Shown here one piece after another: positions 59,027 to 64,000 of a stretch of DNA of 64,000 nucleotides. Source of the stretch: Promethearchaeota archaeon (GTDB lineage Archaea; Asgardarchaeota; Lokiarchaeia; Sigyniarchaeales; SOKP01); the NCBI GenBank assembly GCA_048938855.1, contig JBHLLT010000009.1:32001-96000 (forward strand). Reading direction: 5' to 3'. The position numbers were made by a program, and so were the translations under genes. A model generated the notes under the pieces. The model worked only from the letters and a program-made list of their open reading frames with translations. It did not search any database and had not been told where the DNA came from. The number at the start of each line of letters is the position of its first letter. Positions within the stretch are counted from its first letter, which is position 1.

Positions 59027-60070
59027 TTATTCATTTAATTTAAGTAAAGTTTCAGTTAATTTAAAGAAAGATTCTTCCACATTTTTTCCTGTTAAAGCGG
59101 ATGTTTCTACATATTCAAGATTAAGTCTTTGTGCCATTAGTGATGATTCTTCAAAACTAATAGCTCTCTGATCGCTTAAATCTTCCTTGTTACCTAAGAT
59201 AAAACCTAATATTTCATCTTGAATGTGAATAATATTTCTTTCAACATCTTTGTACCAATTTAGGATACTTTCAAAAGATTTTCGATTAGTGAGGTCAAAA
59301 ATAAAGATTACAGCTTCTGCGCCTTTATAAAAATGTCTACGCATAGCTTCAAATTTAATTTGTCCGGCAATATCCCAAATGATAAGTTTGATTTTTATTT
59401 TGTTAATTTCTACATTTTTCTCTGAGATGTTCACCCCTAGAGTAGGGATGTAGGTTCTCGTGAAAGCATCCTCAGTATATCTTAGAATTGTTGAAGTTTT
59501 TCCTACACCAGGATCTCCGCAAACCACAACTTTAAAATTATATTCAACTAGTGATTCTCCATCAATCTCCTCTTCGGGAAAAGCTTCTGAATCTAGAATT
59601 GATTTCTCTTTTTTTTGTAAATCACTTAATATTTCTGAAATTTTAAGGTTGAGTTTATTTATTTCGTAAAAAATGTCATCAGTATTAGCACCTTTATATT
59701 TTAATTCAATGATCCTTTCGGCAGTGACATTAAAAGCAGACTCAAGATAGTTTATATATTTGTAAAAAATGAGATCATCTGCTTCATCAAACAGTAGAGT
59801 TATCGTTGATATTGCTGTGCCTCCTTTAAATTTATCTGTTTCCCTCTCAATATACTTTACAATTCCTTTTAAATTGAATGAGGGAAAAGGTAATACAACT
59901 GTAGATTTAGGTACAACTCCCTGATCGGTTGTTAACATTGTAATAGATTTAATTGCTACTGACATGCGAAGCTTTTCTGATAAATCAAGAGGATTCCATA
60001 GTACTGGGATTGGCCCTGATCTTTCATTAAGTTCAGTGTAAACGATAGCTTTAATTATATCTGTAGTCAT
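59027..60070 (-). CDS. Longin-like domain fused to a Rab-like small GTPase
   Basis: G1 GDPGVGKT, G2 PTLG, G3 WDIAGQ, G4 NKED, G5 ETSAL; N-terminal YTELNERSGPIP longin-like start; ATG 60070 preferred by alignment with the paralogue. Confidence 0.9.
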   Translation of the reverse strand: MTTDIIKAIVYTELNERSGPIPVLWNPLDLSEKLRMSVAIKSITMLTTDQGVVPKSTVVLPFPSFNLKGIVKYIERETDKFKGGTAISTITLLFDEADDLIFYKYINYLESAFNVTAERIIELKYKGANTDDIFYEINKLNLKISEILSDLQKKEKSILDSEAFPEEEIDGESLVEYNFKVVVCGDPGVGKTSTILRYTEDAFTRTYIPTLGVNISEKNVEINKIKIKLIIWDIAGQIKFEAMRRHFYKGAEAVIFIFDLTNRKSFESILNWYKDVERNIIHIQDEILGFILGNKEDLSDQRAISFEESSLMAQRLNLEYVETSALTGKNVEESFFKLTETLLKLNE

Positions 60071-60379
60071 TATTAGGAAAACAAATGGGTATGTATTAGA
60101 CAAAAACAGTTTAATAAATAAAAAAACTTCAAGTTATTAAAAATTTGGAAATCCAATTTTTTACCTTTCGTATTAGAAAAAATACATGAAACTCAGTTTA
60201 GCTTAGAAAAGGTATAAAGTTTATACTTTGAATATAATATTCACACAAGTAGTTTAGTTTCAGAAATTCAACTAATTCTTTAAAAGAAAAATTAATAATT
60301 TATAATCCCTAGACTTAACTTTTTTATATTTCTCCCTATAATATCTAAATTCAGTTTAATTATCATGAAGTTGTGAAGA

Positions 60380-61618
60380 ATTATAAACGTAGAGCCTAAA
60401 TTTTCAGAAAAAAAATTTGAAAAAAGGCTTATAATTATTTTTATAATTCAATTTACAGAAGTTTTAGGTTTTAGTAGTGTTTTACCAGTAATCCCCTTTC
60501 TTGGGTTATCTTTAGGCCTGAACACTCTTGAAATAGGATTGATCCTTAGCATTTTTAGTATATGTCAACTTTTTGCCAGTCCAATTACTGGCAAACTTAG
60601 CGACAGATACGGAAGAAAGCCATTGTTGTTATTCAGTCAAACAAGTACTTTTATTGGATTTATATTACTTGGTTTAGCAAGTAATGTTTGGATATTAATT
60701 GCTGCAAGATTAGTAGATGGGCTTTTAGGAAGTAATATGACAGTTAGTCAAGCATACATTAGCGATGTTACCAATCCTAAGTATCGAACTAAAACATTTG
60801 GGTATTCAAGTGCAGTCTTCGGTGCAGGCCTAATATTTGGTCCAGTTATTGGAGGTTTTTTATTATCAATTAATTTTTCGGCTCCTTTTTTCTTTGCTGC
60901 TGGAATAAGTCTTCTTTCAATCATTTTGGTATTTATTTTATTACCTGAATCATTAAAAAGAAGAGAAGACAAACTAGAGTTTAAGTTTAGAGATATAATT
61001 CCAATTAAAGAAACTAAATATTTCTTTAAATCTACTGCGATAAGGGGCCTAATCTTAGTTTTTTTCATATATAATTTTGGTTTTTTTCTTTTTATTAACA
61101 CCTTTCCTCTTTTTGCTAAAATGCAAATTAACGCTACACCCCAACAAGTAAGTTTTTATATGGCTTGGATTGGTGTTCTTAGGGTGATTTTTCAGAGTGT
61201 TCTAATAAATTCCATACTGAAAAAACTAAGTGAAAATAAAACGCTTATAATTGGTATTTTCGCAATGATATTTGCTATGATCTTTCTTATATTCTCTACT
61301 AGTTACTGGATAGTTTATCTTCCATTTTTTTTCTTAGCATTTGGGACAGGTGTAGCACGCCCCATTCTTACAAGCAAATTAACTAATATTGTTAAAAAAG
61401 AGGAAACAGGCAGTTTATTAGGAGTAAATAACGCTTTAACCAGTATTGGTCAAATAATAACTCCAATTCTAGGAGGAATAATGCTACAATTTCTTCCTAC
61501 ACAAATATTACCAGCTGTATCAGCAGCGATATTTGTGCTTATAATTATCCTTTGGAATCGGATGATTATTTCCCCGAATGAAGAAATAAAAGAGCCCATA
61601 ATAGAGATTAAAGCATAA
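60380..61618 (+). CDS. MFS drug:H+ antiporter (TetA/DHA1-like)
   Basis: Motif A GKLSDRYGRKP, motif C GLIFGPVIGG; TM1 (IIQFTEVLGFSSVLP) is encoded upstream of the ORF-track start 60539. Confidence 0.88.
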   Translation: MINVEPKFSEKKFEKRLIIIFIIQFTEVLGFSSVLPVIPFLGLSLGLNTLEIGLILSIFSICQLFASPITGKLSDRYGRKPLLLFSQTSTFIGFILLGLASNVWILIAARLVDGLLGSNMTVSQAYISDVTNPKYRTKTFGYSSAVFGAGLIFGPVIGGFLLSINFSAPFFFAAGISLLSIILVFILLPESLKRREDKLEFKFRDIIPIKETKYFFKSTAIRGLILVFFIYNFGFFLFINTFPLFAKMQINATPQQVSFYMAWIGVLRVIFQSVLINSILKKLSENKTLIIGIFAMIFAMIFLIFSTSYWIVYLPFFFLAFGTGVARPILTSKLTNIVKKEETGSLLGVNNALTSIGQIITPILGGIMLQFLPTQILPAVSAAIFVLIIILWNRMIISPNEEIKEPIIEIKA

Positions 61619-61706
61619 AATATTGATTTCTATTGTAACCTTATTTCGCTTCAAAATTGAGTAATATTGCATTATTTCTAAATTATTATTCTAGGATTAG
61701 GATTTA

Positions 61707-61730
61707 TTCGTGAAACTCAACTTTCACGAA
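61707..61730. terminator. Hairpin TTCGTGAAA-N6-TTTCACGAA between convergent genes
   Basis: Perfect 9-bp stem 17 nt beyond the GTPase stop codon. Confidence 0.35.
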
Positions 61731-61747
61731 GATATATAATCGAGTTA

Positions 61748-62788
61748 TTATAATCGTGATTTGAAAAGTAAATTAGCAATTGTAGAAAAAGCATAGTCAA
61801 CATTTTTACCTAGAAGTGCTGAAGTCTCAATATAACCAAGACTTAATCTTTCTATCATTTGATCTACCATTTCTTGAGTTATAAATATTTGATCTTTCAG
61901 ATCATTTTTATTTCCAATAATAAATCCTATTAATTCTTCGGGAACTTTAACTTGTTCAATCACATCAGAATACCAATTAGGAATAGTATTAAAAGTCTCT
62001 GGTCTTGTCAAATCAAATATTAAAAATACTGCATCAGTTCCTCTATAAAACTGTTGTCTCATGGTTTGGAATTTTTGTTGACCACCAATGTCCCATAAGG
62101 TTAACTGGACAACATTGTCTTCTATCTTAAATATCTTGTCTGAAACCATCACTCCTAGGGTAGGTACGTAATTTCTCCTAAAAGCATTGTTTGTATATCG
62201 TAGAATTAATGACGTTTTACCGACATTTGGGTCTCCTACTAAAATTACTTTGAATTGGTAATCAATCAAGGTTCGATCCACAATTTTTTGACTTGGAAAC
62301 GCCTCACTCTCTTGTTCAGTAGTTTCTTGTAATTTTAATTCCTCTAAAAGGGTGGAAATATTAAAATCAAGATGTTCGAGAACTTCAATATATTCTTTTC
62401 TTGTTGATCTTAATTTTTCTAACTTTGTTATTGATGGAGCGAGATTATTGAAAGGAATTGAAAGCTCATTAATATATTTGTAAAAAATTACATCATGTTG
62501 CTCCTGAAAAAGCAAAACTAAAGCAGATTGTCCTATCCCTCCCCTCCTAGATTCATCATTCCATTTTATGTACTTAATCAATCCTTTTAAATTCATTGAA
62601 GTAAAGGGAAGAATAACTAATGATTCTGGAATAAGTCCTTGTTCTCCTGTTAACACGGTTAAGGTTTTTATGCTAATATGCATTAGTTCCATTTGAGTAA
62701 ATGTAGCGGGTACCCAAGCAAATGGATTAGGTCCAACTTCATCATCCATCTGAATGTAAGCAATACCTTTTACTATCGGGTGCGTCAT
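61748..62788 (-). CDS. Longin-like domain fused to a Rab-like small GTPase (paralogue)
   Basis: GDPNVGKT, PTLG, WDIGGQ, NKND, ETSAL; N-terminal YIQMDDEVGPNP and NDESRRGG. Confidence 0.9.
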   Translation of the reverse strand: MTHPIVKGIAYIQMDDEVGPNPFAWVPATFTQMELMHISIKTLTVLTGEQGLIPESLVILPFTSMNLKGLIKYIKWNDESRRGGIGQSALVLLFQEQHDVIFYKYINELSIPFNNLAPSITKLEKLRSTRKEYIEVLEHLDFNISTLLEELKLQETTEQESEAFPSQKIVDRTLIDYQFKVILVGDPNVGKTSLILRYTNNAFRRNYVPTLGVMVSDKIFKIEDNVVQLTLWDIGGQQKFQTMRQQFYRGTDAVFLIFDLTRPETFNTIPNWYSDVIEQVKVPEELIGFIIGNKNDLKDQIFITQEMVDQMIERLSLGYIETSALLGKNVDYAFSTIANLLFKSRL

Positions 62789-62910
62789 AATTACATGAAA
62801 TTTTTCCAGTAGATCAAGTTTTGTTTTGATATACTGTAAATTTTTCGGTTTTAACTAATAATATAATTTTTTTAAATAAATAATAATTGCTGAAAAAAAA
62901 AGATTTTAGA

Positions 62911-63621
62911 TTATGATTTTAATCCAAAATACATAAACCAAAAGCTACTTAAATACCCAATTCTTACGAATATAACCCAAATTCCAGGAACTGTTAAGCC
63001 CTCTAATAACCCAAATATGCAAAAGCAAAGAGATCCTAATGAGAGATAAAGAAAATTTTTACGGATCGCTCCTGTCGATTGAAATGCTTTATAAATAAAT
63101 CCCAAACCCAAGAATATAATAACCGATATCAATAGACCTCCCATTAAGTACCCGGCGATAGTATTTAGATTAACATTATAATCAATTAAATTATTTATTG
63201 GAACCGCTGGTGGAGGCGGATTGAAATTGAAAGATTGTATAGGAAATATAATTACAATAATTTCAAAGAAAATTGAGATCCCTAAATAAATAATAACAAT
63301 ATACAATTTCAATTTAGGAGTCAACAATTTAGCACCTATGAACATTGCTGTAACTATTACGGGAGCAAACCATATGTAGGATAATATGGCAACACTACCA
63401 TTATTAGGCATATTCTGTTGAACAATAAGAACCGAAAGAAAGTCCAAAAATACACCAAAGAACATAAGCCCCGCAAGAATGTTTGCTAGTCCTAAATATG
63501 ATAATAACTTAGCTTCTGTTTTTCTTGATCGATATATAAAAAATGAACCAAATATTATACCGAAAATTACCACCCCTGAAGCAGTTATTCCATCTATCCA
63601 ACCATTAATATCTAATGGCAA
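62911..63621 (-). CDS. Stand-alone seven-transmembrane protein
   Basis: Seven hydrophobic segments counted by eye; no soluble output domain. Confidence 0.7.
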   Translation of the reverse strand: MPLDINGWIDGITASGVVIFGIIFGSFFIYRSRKTEAKLLSYLGLANILAGLMFFGVFLDFLSVLIVQQNMPNNGSVAILSYIWFAPVIVTAMFIGAKLLTPKLKLYIVIIYLGISIFFEIIVIIFPIQSFNFNPPPPAVPINNLIDYNVNLNTIAGYLMGGLLISVIIFLGLGFIYKAFQSTGAIRKNFLYLSLGSLCFCIFGLLEGLTVPGIWVIFVRIGYLSSFWFMYFGLKS

Positions 63622-63776
63622 AATTAAGACTCACCATATATAATATGTAATATTTCTAAATAATACTATTACTATTTGTTCATTATATGGTCTTCTACTC
63701 TAATAAATAAGACTGAAGATTGCAGAAATTGGTTGATTATATTTAAATAGCAAAGTAAAAAATATTTTCAGTGAAA

Positions 63777-64000
63777 TTAATCTTTAACTTTTTCTAAAAC
63801 AGAGATGATTCGGTAAATTGTAGTTCGCGCGTGGAAGGGGATATTCGGATCCTGGCTCAGATCATCCACCATATACATTACATTGCTAGCAAGGACTCCG
63901 GGAGTTTCATCTTCCCTATGAAGTTCATTAATACCCCTTTGTGCAATTCTTTTAATATTTCGAGGAACACTTCTGTCTTGCATCATTCCATTTAAAAGAT
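63777..64000 (-). CDS. UPF0147-family archaeal protein, 5' end truncated by window edge
   Basis: DRSVPRNIK, DPNIPFHARTTIY..IS.LE; frame stays open to the window end. Confidence 0.85.
   Translation of the reverse strand, partial: LLNGMMQDRSVPRNIKRIAQRGINELHREDETPGVLASNVMYMVDDLSQDPNIPFHARTTIYRIISVLEKVKD

Noticed and set aside
60374-60376. In-frame TGA between ATG 60365 and the MFS body as possible selenocysteine
   Set aside because: It would be codon 4 of a transporter N-tail with no redox motif, and I could not identify a SECIS-like structure downstream
1258-61101. Numerous 60-120 aa alternative-frame or antisense ORFs in the ORF track (e.g. 1258, 2469, 7949, 13010, 34669, 39329, 41123, 60748)
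   Set aside because: They overlap well-supported genes and have no recognisable motifs
62911-63621. 7TM protein as a microbial rhodopsin
   Set aside because: No DxxxK-type retinal-binding lysine in helix 7

Overview
This 64 kb window is AT-rich (roughly 30% GC by eye) and gene-dense. It is almost certainly chromosomal DNA from an Asgard archaeon (Lokiarchaeia-like): it encodes an actin-family protein, two longin-like/Rab-like GTPase fusions, an IPGY-TM-basic (Loki-CTERM-type) surface protein, archaeal TFB paralogues, a UPF0147 protein and an AOR-family enzyme, and has T-tract terminators. I found about 60 CDS, two of them truncated by the window edges, and no rRNA, tRNA, CRISPR array or mobile element that I can support. 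Main leads: (1) a coiled-coil/Pro-rich/WH2-like protein directly upstream of a catalytically divergent actin-related protein; (2) two longin-GTPase fusion paralogues, only one with a folliculin/SMCR8-like D-x3-RG arginine-finger loop, downstream of a stand-alone 7TM gene; (3) tandem P2-scaffold P-type ATPases whose M4 PEGL is replaced by flippase-like PINL/PLNI and whose M6 Asp is His; (4) an unannotated 27-aa CC...CC micropeptide behind a perfect 9-2-9 palindrome, next to a di-Cys MarR; (5) a type IA topoisomerase with a TOP3B-like Zn-finger tail; (6) two genes that appear to need ATT/ATA starts. All family assignments come from motif recognition and recalled reference sequences; no searches were run.
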